Shown here piece after piece: positions 26,092 through 33,469 of a stretch of DNA of 43,116 bases (the first letter of the stretch is position 1; each line of letters opens with the position of its first letter). The notes beneath the pieces are model-generated. The model saw only the letters and a program-made list of their open reading frames with translations. It was not told the DNA's origin and did not search any database. The DNA lies in IMG/VR virus record IMGVR_UViG_3300030444_000009. One strand, written 5' to 3'. Source of the stretch: a virus. Position numbers and translations under genes: made by a program.

Positions 26092-26430
26092 ATGGACATC
26101 GTGGAGATAAACGAGCACATCCGCAAACTGAAATGCGAAGAAACGAACTGGCAGAGCGTGGAAAAGCTTGCCGCCCTCTGCACTGTGCGAAATGAGTTGA
26201 GCGAAGCGGAAAGCCCGGAAAACGGCCACGCTCCGCAGCCTGAACCAGTCATGCAGATGGAGTATTCCACAAGACCGCAAGAACCGCAGAGTGAATTTGT
26301 AGAGGCTGCAAGCGCTGTGCCGTTCGGCGGGCTGATGGAGGTACTGGACAGGCACATGAACGCAATAAAGCTGGTGTACCCGAAAGAGTATGAGCTAGTA
26401 ATGCGGAAGATCGTCTCTTTGTCTGAGTGA
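26092..26430 (+). CDS. Hypothetical protein (112 aa)
   Basis: ATG 26092 after AAGGGGGG. Ends ...HMNAIKLVYPKEYELVMRKIVSLSE. Confidence 0.5.
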   Translation: MDIVEINEHIRKLKCEETNWQSVEKLAALCTVRNELSEAESPENGHAPQPEPVMQMEYSTRPQEPQSEFVEAASAVPFGGLMEVLDRHMNAIKLVYPKEYELVMRKIVSLSE

Positions 26431-26498
26431 CGATGCCCAATAGGCTGAAGGCACAGGGAAAGTAAGTCGCCCAGCCAAAAAAAAGCCATACATAGCAG

Positions 26499-26537
26499 CA
26501 GCCCCGGGGATCCTGACGGTTCCTCGGGGCTGTTTTT
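26499..26537 (+). terminator. Rho-independent terminator ending the accessory island
   Basis: CAGCCCCG...CGGGGCTG stem then TTTTT. Confidence 0.7.
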
Positions 26538-26565
26538 GCGTTTATAAAGCTGTTTTTCAGCGGTG

Positions 26566-26585
26566 TGTTACCAAAAATGTTACCA
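26566..26585 (+). repeat. Paired TGTTACCA direct repeats (candidate integrase arm-type sites)
   Basis: TGTTACCAAAAATGTTACCA; the same octamer pair recurs at 26775-26794. Confidence 0.5.
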
Positions 26586-26593
26586 CGATAAAG

Positions 26594-26631
26594 AAAAGGA
26601 CGTCAATTCTCAACGAAATGGCGTCCTTTTT
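26594..26631 (-). terminator. Hairpin plus T-run immediately 3' of the tRNA fragment (minus strand)
   Basis: AAAGGACG...CGTCCTTT stem with A/T runs on both sides. Confidence 0.55.
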
Positions 26632-26634
26632 ACA

Positions 26635-26658
26635 TGGTGGAGGCGATGGGAGTCGAAC
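26635..26658 (-). mobile_element. attP core candidate: 3' fragment of a tRNA gene
   Basis: Minus strand reads GTTCGACTCCCATCGCCTCCACCA (T-loop, T-stem 3' strand, acceptor 3' strand, A73, CCA). No 5' half is present. Confidence 0.65.
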
Positions 26659-26774
26659 AATTAAAAATGATGGATTGTCGTCAAAAATTCATCTGGGATG
26701 CACGAAAGGACGAAGGAATAATACGGATTTGTTGGGTTATGCCCGATTCGTTTTTTGACATTTAGAAAAAAGAG

Positions 26775-26794
26775 TGTTACCAAATGTGTTACCA
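26775..26794 (+). repeat. Second pair of TGTTACCA direct repeats
   Basis: TGTTACCAAATGTGTTACCA, abutting the integrase stop codon. Confidence 0.5.
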
Positions 26795-26797
26795 GAA

Positions 26798-27934
26798 TCA
26801 CCCTTGAGCCTTCCTGAATGCAGCGGTCGTTGCAGCCGCCAAATCTTCTCGCTGGCCCTGCAATTCATGATGGTACACGCCGGAAGTATCCATGTTCTTG
26901 CTGTGACCAACCAGCATTTTTAGCTGGCTGTCAGTCAGGACGCTTGATTCAACGCTAACAAAGGTGTGCCGCAGCTCGTAAAGTGAGACTTTCGGCTCAA
27001 GCCCGTTTGCTTCCTGATACGATTCCCAGCGGCGATAGAGCGTATGCTCTGACGGAATCTGAAACAGCGGCGTATTGTATTGTAGCAGTATGCCTTGAGC
27101 CTTTAGGAGCTGTACCTGCGCCTCATAAGCATCCCGTGCTTCCTTGCCCATGTCAAAAGAGCGGATGGCGTTTTCATTCTTTCCGGTGGTCTGCTCCCGG
27201 TGCACGTTGATGCTGCGCCGAAGGCTGACCGTGTTCCCCTTGATGTCACCATACCAGAGACCAATCAGCTCCCCGGGGCGCAGGCCGGTCGCAACTGCAA
27301 ATCGGTAGGCGTAGATATATTCATCAAATACCAGTTTTCCATAGTAGGTGCGGGTGTCTACGCTAAACAGAACCTTCAGGGCGGTGGGCTGCAAGATCGT
27401 GCGTTTCCCCATCCTGGCATTCTTCGGGATAGCCAGGTCGGGGTGGAGCGTGGTGTACCGGTTTTTCCTGCACCACTTGACAAAGGCGGTTTCCGCAGCC
27501 CGGATCGTCATAAGCGTCTTTCGGCTCAACGGCTGGTTTGAGATGGGCTTGCGCTGGTTCTTTTTCTGTGAGCGCTTCCGGAACGAAACGTCGATTGCCT
27601 TTTGAAGATCGCCCTCGGTCAGCTCGTCAATGCGGATATTCCCACAGGTCGGCAGGATGTAGCAGTCTCCGTAACGCTGGCATTGTGTCACATAGGACGT
27701 CCCGCAGGTGAGCTTCAGCTCTTCTACCCACTCTGAATAGAGTGCAGCCACCTTCTTCCTGCCGTCCCGAATGCTATCATCAAGCCATGCATCCGCTTTT
27801 GCGTTTGCTTCCCGTTGTCCTGTCCGGCCCGGCGTGCTGCTGTAAAACCGTTTGCGGGTGCCGTTCTTCTGAACCGCGATGCACCAGCGCTTTTCCTTTT
27901 CCACCCAAAATGCCGTGTTGACCCGTTTTTTCAT
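26798..27934 (-). CDS. int: Tyrosine integrase
   Basis: ATGLRPGELIGL (Arg), YELRHTFVS (His-x-x-Arg box) and GHSKNMDTSGVYHH (catalytic Tyr). ATG 27934 with GGAGGTGG RBS; the track ORF is over-extended to 28093. Confidence 0.9.
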   Translation of the reverse strand: MKKRVNTAFWVEKEKRWCIAVQKNGTRKRFYSSTPGRTGQREANAKADAWLDDSIRDGRKKVAALYSEWVEELKLTCGTSYVTQCQRYGDCYILPTCGNIRIDELTEGDLQKAIDVSFRKRSQKKNQRKPISNQPLSRKTLMTIRAAETAFVKWCRKNRYTTLHPDLAIPKNARMGKRTILQPTALKVLFSVDTRTYYGKLVFDEYIYAYRFAVATGLRPGELIGLWYGDIKGNTVSLRRSINVHREQTTGKNENAIRSFDMGKEARDAYEAQVQLLKAQGILLQYNTPLFQIPSEHTLYRRWESYQEANGLEPKVSLYELRHTFVSVESSVLTDSQLKMLVGHSKNMDTSGVYHHELQGQREDLAAATTAAFRKAQG

Positions 27935-28101
27935 AAAATCCACCTCCATACACAAGAGTACACTGTGCCGCTGCCCTTGGGACGGCTGCGCTTTTTTCTT
28001 TGCTGCGGAACGGCTTCCGGCTGCTTCTTCCCGAACCACGGACAAAAAGAAGCACCATCCGGGATCTCCTTCCGGCAGCATGATCTCACGCATTTCATGG
28101 C

Positions 28102-28689
28102 TTACTCCTTTTTCTTCCCGATATATCCAAAGGCACCATTTTCAGCAGCGGCCCTTCCGGCCTTGTAGTTGATCTTCAGGTCGTCAATGGGAGGTTGTGG
28201 AGCGTCCGGGCATGGGTCAAGGCCCGCGATCTGCGCATAGGTATACTGGTCTATGATGGTCCCGCACACGCTGGCCCGGTTATTCAGAGGGCAGTGCAGG
28301 TTTGCAGCTATTTCCGATATGACAGCAGGCGGGCTGCTGCCGTGACGGCCCTTCAATATGAAGAGAAGCAGCCTTTTCGTCAGCGGCGGCAGGTTTACCA
28401 CGAGACGGCACAACTCCGCGTTTAGCTCATCGTTGGCCTTGCCGTCATCCGGCACCGCGTACAATTCCGGGTGCAGTACCTCCATAAATACCGCGATGGG
28501 CGACACCCCGCAGGAAGAGCACCAATCCATGATCTCGTCACTGTCCGGACTGGACTGCCCTTTCTCCCAGTTCTGCACGGTGCGCTCGTTCTTCCCTATC
28601 AAAATCGCCATCTCGCGTTGGCTCAAACCCGCTTTCACACGCGCCTTTGCCAGAGCAGCACCAATTTTCGCAGCTGTAAAATAACTCAT
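28102..28689 (-). CDS. XRE-family HTH repressor-like protein with a C-terminal domain
   Basis: ALAKARVKAGLSQREMAILIGKNERTVQNWEKG HTH. Divergent from the small plus-strand genes. Confidence 0.75.
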   Translation of the reverse strand: MSYFTAAKIGAALAKARVKAGLSQREMAILIGKNERTVQNWEKGQSSPDSDEIMDWCSSCGVSPIAVFMEVLHPELYAVPDDGKANDELNAELCRLVVNLPPLTKRLLLFILKGRHGSSPPAVISEIAANLHCPLNNRASVCGTIIDQYTYAQIAGLDPCPDAPQPPIDDLKINYKAGRAAAENGAFGYIGKKKE

Positions 28690-28853
28690 ACACACCCTTC
28701 CCCCTCAAATATAATGCGTGAAAAAAACAAAAAATGGCGCAGAAAAAATCTGCGCCATTCGACAAAATTTTCTCTGATTTCATTTTCCAATGGCGCATGG
28801 TAGAATTTGGTACATAAGTTGACACAATTACCAAAAATCAGGAGGAAAACAAA

Positions 28854-28964
28854 ATGAAAAACGGCCAAACCAGCAACAAAGACCCGGAAATGACCATCAT
28901 TGACGGAATGCCCGCCAGCGTGCTTACCGGCACAGCCAAAACCCCGCAACCTTGGGAGGATTGA
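28854..28964 (+). CDS. Small ORF (36 aa)
   Basis: AGGAGGAAAA RBS. My own translation: MKNGQTSNKDPEMTIIDGMPASVLTGTAKTPQPWED. Confidence 0.35.
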   Translation: MKNGQTSNKDPEMTIIDGMPASVLTGTAKTPQPWED

Positions 28965-28967
28965 ACC

Positions 28968-29186
28968 ATGACCAACAAAAAGACCGCCTGCTTCTGCAAC
29001 CACATCCGCGCCGCGCTTGCCTGTTACGTTGATATGACCCCGGAGCAGCAAGCCCTTGCCGCCATGTACGCCAACCGCAAGATCACCGGCTTGCACACCC
29101 TGCGCGCCGCAGCGGTAAGCCCCGGCGGGGAGTGCGCCGCCAAGTTGTTGCAAAAAATTCAGCAGCTGGACAACGGCGACCAGTAA
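28968..29186 (+). CDS. Hypothetical small protein (72 aa)
   Basis: ORF with GGGAGG RBS, divergent from the repressor-like gene. Confidence 0.5.
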   Translation: MTNKKTACFCNHIRAALACYVDMTPEQQALAAMYANRKITGLHTLRAAAVSPGGECAAKLLQKIQQLDNGDQ

Positions 29187-29309
29187 CAAAGCGCATATTT
29201 TGCGCGAAGTAAGCGTAAACCGCGCGTTTTTCGCTTAAAAGTGCGCGTAAATCGCGCGATTCAGCGCAAATGTCAAATTTTCAGCGCATTTTTGTGCAAT
29301 TAAAATCGA

Positions 29310-29338
29310 TTGACACTTACGCCAAACGGTTGTACAAT
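29310..29338 (+). promoter_or_regulatory. Near-consensus sigma-70 promoter TTGACA-17-TACAAT
   Basis: Read directly. Points into the 3' end of the minus-strand gene 29355-30089. Confidence 0.5.
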
Positions 29339-29354
29339 GCAGTTGTAAGCAAGT

Positions 29355-30089
29355 TTACGCATTGGCTCTGTACATAACCTCAAGACCTTGGCTCGGAGCG
29401 AAAGTCCAAGTAACCGTAACATGGTCAAAAATTTCTTTTTGCCGCCCATCCACTGCACGAGTGTTACCCATCTCCTCATAAAGCCATTCTGGCAGACCAA
29501 GTGCTTTGTTGGTAAGCTTTATTCTGTCTATTGCATCGTATTTAAAAATAAAGGAGTTTTTTATATTAAGCGGATTTGTATCTATTGTCATGGAAGAACC
29601 ATCGGAGGAAACGGAAACGACAGCACCAGCATCGTATAGTTCTCCAAATAGTTTAAAGTTTGGAGTTTCGCCTTCCTTGTAAAGCAAAGGAGCAACGTAA
29701 TTTTCTAGTTTGTATACAGTATTTTTCCCATCTTCCCTGTTTACTTCCCAAATCGGAAGAATAACGTTTGAGCCGTCACCTGCTGTTTCGTGATAAGAGC
29801 CCTTAAACATAACGTCTTTGTCCGCAAAGGCAGCTCTGTAATATTCATACAGATCTTCCTTTACTGCTGCATATGTGCGGACGCCATCATTCACAACGGA
29901 GAAACACTTATAATTTACTTTTTTGGTAGAGCCGACAGTATAGGTGTAGTAGTAGTCAAAATCTGTATGTCCAGAAAATTCAACATACTCACCTGCACTA
30001 TACTTTTCACCTTCCGCAAACGCGGTCATTGCAAAAGGAATGGACAGAGCCGCGGTCAAACCAAGTGCAAGAAATGTTCTTCTTTTCAT
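29355..30089 (-). CDS. Secreted protein of unknown function (Sec signal peptide)
   Basis: MKRRTFLALGLTAALSIPFAMTAFA/EGE signal. AT-rich gene. GAGGTGG RBS before ATG 30089. Confidence 0.7.
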   Translation of the reverse strand: MKRRTFLALGLTAALSIPFAMTAFAEGEKYSAGEYVEFSGHTDFDYYYTYTVGSTKKVNYKCFSVVNDGVRTYAAVKEDLYEYYRAAFADKDVMFKGSYHETAGDGSNVILPIWEVNREDGKNTVYKLENYVAPLLYKEGETPNFKLFGELYDAGAVVSVSSDGSSMTIDTNPLNIKNSFIFKYDAIDRIKLTNKALGLPEWLYEEMGNTRAVDGRQKEIFDHVTVTWTFAPSQGLEVMYRANA

Positions 30090-30103
30090 GATAACCACCT
30101 CAT

Positions 30104-30132
30104 AAACAAAAATAGGCAGCCAAACAGCTGCC
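30104..30132 (-). terminator. Terminator-like hairpin in the leader of the secreted-protein gene
   Basis: Minus strand reads GGCAGC-TGTTTG-GCTGCC then TATTTTTGTTT, ending about 6 nt before the RBS. Confidence 0.4.
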
Positions 30133-30177
30133 GGAAACCTTAAATTATCAATGATCTAGCCAAAGGGGGAAAATAAA

Positions 30178-30306
30178 GTGCAAGATACTAGCACAAAATT
30201 GATGAAATCAACACCGGAATGTGTTATACTTGAGAAAATCAAGCTTGCACTTTCCCTTGGTATCGACGTGGACAAACTTTTAAAGGAGGCAATGCAAAAT
30301 GTCTGA
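30178..30306 (+). CDS. Short ORF resembling the C-terminal end of an XRE HTH protein (possible remnant)
   Basis: GTG after AAGGGGGA; ...ILEKIKLALSLGIDVDKLLKEAMQNV. Confidence 0.3.
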   Translation: MQDTSTKLMKSTPECVILEKIKLALSLGIDVDKLLKEAMQNV

Positions 30307-30646
30307 TAGCACATTTCTTCTTTACATTATCGCCGTGCTAGTTACAGCAATACTTCTTATCCTCGCAGACGATATTTTTGACTTGGGCGATGTTTCGCTT
30401 TTTCACAAAAAAACAAAATATCACACAATTCCAGCAGAATGCTTTCCTAAAAAGGTCACGCTGGGCGACCTCTGCGAACTTTGCCCCGAAACTATTTTCA
30501 GGGCATCAGATGGCTGTTATGGGACGATTGTTATTGACACTCAAAAAATAGACGATGAAAAGATGAAAGTTTACAAAACGCTTGCTGTCTACAATCTGGA
30601 TGCAAAAAATCACAAACTGGAAGTTTCTGACCCATCGCTCTTATGA
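30299..30646 (+). CDS. Membrane-anchored hypothetical protein
   Basis: N-terminal TM FLLYIIAVLVTAILLILA; AT-rich; 115 aa. Confidence 0.55.
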   Translation: MSDSTFLLYIIAVLVTAILLILADDIFDLGDVSLFHKKTKYHTIPAECFPKKVTLGDLCELCPETIFRASDGCYGTIVIDTQKIDDEKMKVYKTLAVYNLDAKNHKLEVSDPSLL

Positions 30647-30990
30647 CCGATAAACCACGTTACCAGTGAGCCTACAACTGCTCCAAATAAAGCAATAAAG
30701 GCATTTTGCATAAACTGGTTTCTTGTGATCGTCTTTTTGCTCTGCTTATCAATAAAATAAGTTTTGCCTTGAGGGGTCAACCGTATCGGACATTCCGAAC
30801 GGCTGACCTCTTTGTATTTGCTGCCAACAACCACAAGGCCTTTTGCTTCCAAGATGTTTACAGTATTATCAGGATTCTTTATTCCACCCCGGTGCAATCC
30901 AGAAATGGTTACATAACTGGATTCTGGATGCGTTTCGTAAAAATCACACAGAACGTGCATAACCGCATCAAGTTGCTTTTCACTGACCAT
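30610..30990 (-). CDS. Hypothetical protein with C-terminal TM segment
   Basis: 126 aa, AGGAG RBS, C-terminal AFIALFGAVVGSLVTWFI. Overlaps the upstream XRE gene by 11 nt. Confidence 0.55.
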   Translation of the reverse strand: MVSEKQLDAVMHVLCDFYETHPESSYVTISGLHRGGIKNPDNTVNILEAKGLVVVGSKYKEVSRSECPIRLTPQGKTYFIDKQSKKTITRNQFMQNAFIALFGAVVGSLVTWFIGHKSDGSETSSL

Positions 30991-31345
30991 TCTTTTTCTC
31001 CTGTGCAGCTATAGCAGCATCCAGCATACTCTCAAACATGGCCTGTGTTGCCGGGTCAAGCATATTATACTTATCTAATATAGCCTGCCCGTGCGATTCA
31101 CGCTCAGCATCCTCCGGGGTGCTGGGCTTTTCTTTTTGCCTATCGTCGCCAGAAACCAACGATTCAACGCTTAATTCAAAATAATTAGCGATTTTTTCAA
31201 GCGTCTCGTACTTTAGCGTCTGCTTTCTACCAGACTTCAAATCGGATAAAGAACCACGACTTGCACCGGAATCTCTGCACATCGTGGTTACATTGACACC
31301 ACGCTTTTTGCAAAGGTTTTCGATATTGTTGTACAAGTTTGCCAT
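30980..31345 (-). CDS. XRE-family repressor (CI-like)
   Basis: NIENLCKKRGVNVTTMCRDSGASRGSLSDLKSGRK HTH. Divergent from the Cro-like gene. ATG 31345 chosen over the extended track start. Confidence 0.75.
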   Translation of the reverse strand: MANLYNNIENLCKKRGVNVTTMCRDSGASRGSLSDLKSGRKQTLKYETLEKIANYFELSVESLVSGDDRQKEKPSTPEDAERESHGQAILDKYNMLDPATQAMFESMLDAAIAAQEKKNGQ

Positions 31346-31402
31346 AATTCCAGACCTCAAATTGTGAGTTGCGCCGAAATTACGCGAACGCTTAAAAAAG
31401 CC

Positions 31403-31431
31403 TTGCATTTTACGCGAAAGCGTATTATACT
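31403..31431 (+). promoter_or_regulatory. Promoter TTGCAT-17-TATACT overlapping the palindrome TACGCGAAAGCGTA (31411-31424)
   Basis: Read directly. Located in the divergent intergenic region between the repressor and the Cro-like gene. Confidence 0.5.
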
Positions 31432-31522
31432 AAGACCATACCGCGATGGCGTAATACATGATTTCTAGCAATTTCATTATATTACACTTATGCGTAAAAA
31501 TCAATAGCTTGGAGGTGAAAAA

Positions 31523-31744
31523 ATGACAGAAAAGAAGCCTCTTTGTGAATTTGGCAAGCAAATCGAGATTGCACTGATTCAAATGGACAAGCGCAATGAT
31601 TGGTTGATTGAGCAGGTCAAAGAGGACACGGGTAGATATTTCGACCGTTCATATCTGCACAAGGTCAAGACGGGAGAAATCGAGACCCCCGGGATTTTGA
31701 AGAGCATCAGCAAAATACTGAACATCAGCACCCATACAACTTAA
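31523..31744 (+). CDS. Cro-like small HTH regulator
   Basis: 73 aa, GGAGGTG RBS, first gene of the rightward early operon. Confidence 0.6.
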   Translation: MTEKKPLCEFGKQIEIALIQMDKRNDWLIEQVKEDTGRYFDRSYLHKVKTGEIETPGILKSISKILNISTHTT

Positions 31745-31758
31745 AAAGGAGGAAGCAA

Positions 31759-31956
31759 ATGCCTGATTTTGAAACATTTCTGCTTGCGCTTGCATCGATC
31801 GTTGTCATCATTGTTGCCTTTGGCTTTTCGTGGGCGATTATAGCCGGTCTTTGGTGGCTCATTTGCTGCTTAGTCGGATGGCAGTTCACTTTCGGCGTGT
31901 CCACGGCAATCTGGGTTGCGGCGATGCTTCTGAAATGGGTAACAAGCCATGATTAA
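31759..31956 (+). CDS. Small membrane protein (2 TM)
   Basis: FLLALASIVVIIVAFGFSWAIIAGLWWLICCLVGW. Confidence 0.55.
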   Translation: MPDFETFLLALASIVVIIVAFGFSWAIIAGLWWLICCLVGWQFTFGVSTAIWVAAMLLKWVTSHD

Positions 31957-32158
31957 ACCGGAAGCATGGACAGGCCACCTTATTTGCCGTATGCACAATA
32001 ATTGCGTCACGCTGGAACAGCTTGCAGAACGTCTGGGATGGACAAAGAGCTATTGCTCTCTGATCCTGAACAGCAAGCGCAAGCCGCGCGGCATCCGCGA
32101 GAAGATGGAAGCCGCAGTAAGCGAACTGATTAAGGAAAAGGAGGGCAAAACGGTATGA
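31949..32158 (+). CDS. Small HTH-like protein
   Basis: VTLEQLAERLGWTKSYCSLILNSKRKP. Confidence 0.5.
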   Translation: MIKPEAWTGHLICRMHNNCVTLEQLAERLGWTKSYCSLILNSKRKPRGIREKMEAAVSELIKEKEGKTV

Positions 32159-32286
32159 ACAACGACAAAAAGCCCAGCCGCAAGCACGACTGGACTACAA
32201 CAAGGATTCTGGCTTTGACGCTTTGCATTCAGGTTGCAACACTTGTTTTGCAGATCGTCAATCTGGTGCGAAAGCTTAGAGGATAA
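32155..32286 (+). CDS. Tiny hydrophobic peptide (43 aa)
   Basis: ATGA coupling; ...RILALTLCIQVATLVLQIVNLVRKLRG. Confidence 0.35.
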   Translation: MNNDKKPSRKHDWTTTRILALTLCIQVATLVLQIVNLVRKLRG

Positions 32287-32306
32287 ACGCAAGGAGGCAA
32301 GCAACT

Positions 32307-32384
32307 GTGAAGAATCACGAAATTCAGTTCATCGCTCTTTGCATTCAGATTTTGGCTTTGGTGGTCATTTTACTAAAGAAATAA
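32307..32384 (+). CDS. Tiny hydrophobic peptide (25 aa), paralogous core LCIQ
   Basis: GTG after AAGGAGG; VKNHEIQFIALCIQILALVVILLKK. Confidence 0.3.
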   Translation: MKNHEIQFIALCIQILALVVILLKK

Positions 32385-32655
32385 TCATGGATGCGATGGC
32401 AACACCGATTGCAAGGAGATCATAAAGCCGGTCAATTTGCTTTTCTTTTGCTTGTTCGCGGTCTTTGATTTCCTGCTTTTGCTGGCTTTCTTCAAACTGC
32501 TGGCGCAGCTGCTTCAAATCTTCCGCATACCGCCGCTGTACATCATACAGTGTAGGCTGCTGCGAGACTTGCGGACCGGAATAATTCACTTTGCTGGCGT
32601 TCAGAATGCGCTCTATTTCATCTGTACGCTGGTTCATGGATCCCCGCTGATTCAT
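32365..32655 (-). CDS. Hypothetical coiled-coil protein with C-terminal TM
   Basis: GGGAGGGGG RBS. 96 aa, ends LLAIGVAIASMIISLVK. Confidence 0.55.
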   Translation of the reverse strand: MNQRGSMNQRTDEIERILNASKVNYSGPQVSQQPTLYDVQRRYAEDLKQLRQQFEESQQKQEIKDREQAKEKQIDRLYDLLAIGVAIASMIISLVK

Positions 32656-32722
32656 TTTTTCACCCCCTCCCGCTCAAGTATAGCACAGGAGGGGCAGAGT
32701 ACAAGGAGGACAAAACAAGACT

Positions 32723-33469
32723 ATGACAGACATCATCTTATCTACCCAGAACGGCGAGCCGGTGGCATCCAGCCGCCAGATCGCCGAGAGTTTCGGCAAG
32801 GAGCACAAGCACGTTCTGGATTCCATCAAAAATCTGGTGGCCGAAAATTCGGCTGCCAAATCCATGTTCTACGAGACAACGTTTGAGAACCGCGGCAAAC
32901 AGTACCCCATGTACCTGATGAACCGTGACGGCTTTACGCTGCTGGCTATGGGCTTTACCGGCAAGGCAGCGCTGGAATGGAAGTTGAAGTACATCCAGGC
33001 GTTCAACGCGATGGAGAAGCAGCTGGCACAGCGCCCGCAGCTTTCCCGGGCTGAACTGATGGCGCAGGCTCTGATTGCCGCCCACGATGAACTGGAGCAT
33101 AAAGACCGGCAGATCGCGGAACTTACGCCCAAGGGCATCTTTGCAGACGCGGTAAACGCCAGCAAGAAGAGCATCCTTGTGGGCGAACTTGCAAAGCTGC
33201 TGTGCCAGAACAGCGTGCAGATCGGGCAGAACCGGCTGTTTGTCTGGATGCGCGAGCACGGATACCTCATCAGAGACCCCAAGCGCAGCGACTACAATAT
33301 GCCCACGCAGCGCGCCGTGGAGCAGGGTCTGTTTGAGATCAAGGAGACCACCGTGGTGCACTCCGATGGGCACACCAGCATCAACAAGACGCCCAAGGTG
33401 ACCGGCAAGGGTCAGATCTACTTTGTGAACCTGTTTTTGAAAGACAAAGCCAAGCAGTTGGACGCATGA
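32723..33469 (+). CDS. Antirepressor: Rha-family N-terminal domain plus KilAC/ANT C-terminal domain
   Basis: PVASSRQIAESFGKEHKHVLDSI (Rha pattern) and ILVGELAKLLCQNSVQIGQNRLFVWMREHGYL (KilAC pattern). Confidence 0.75.
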   Translation: MTDIILSTQNGEPVASSRQIAESFGKEHKHVLDSIKNLVAENSAAKSMFYETTFENRGKQYPMYLMNRDGFTLLAMGFTGKAALEWKLKYIQAFNAMEKQLAQRPQLSRAELMAQALIAAHDELEHKDRQIAELTPKGIFADAVNASKKSILVGELAKLLCQNSVQIGQNRLFVWMREHGYLIRDPKRSDYNMPTQRAVEQGLFEIKETTVVHSDGHTSINKTPKVTGKGQIYFVNLFLKDKAKQLDA

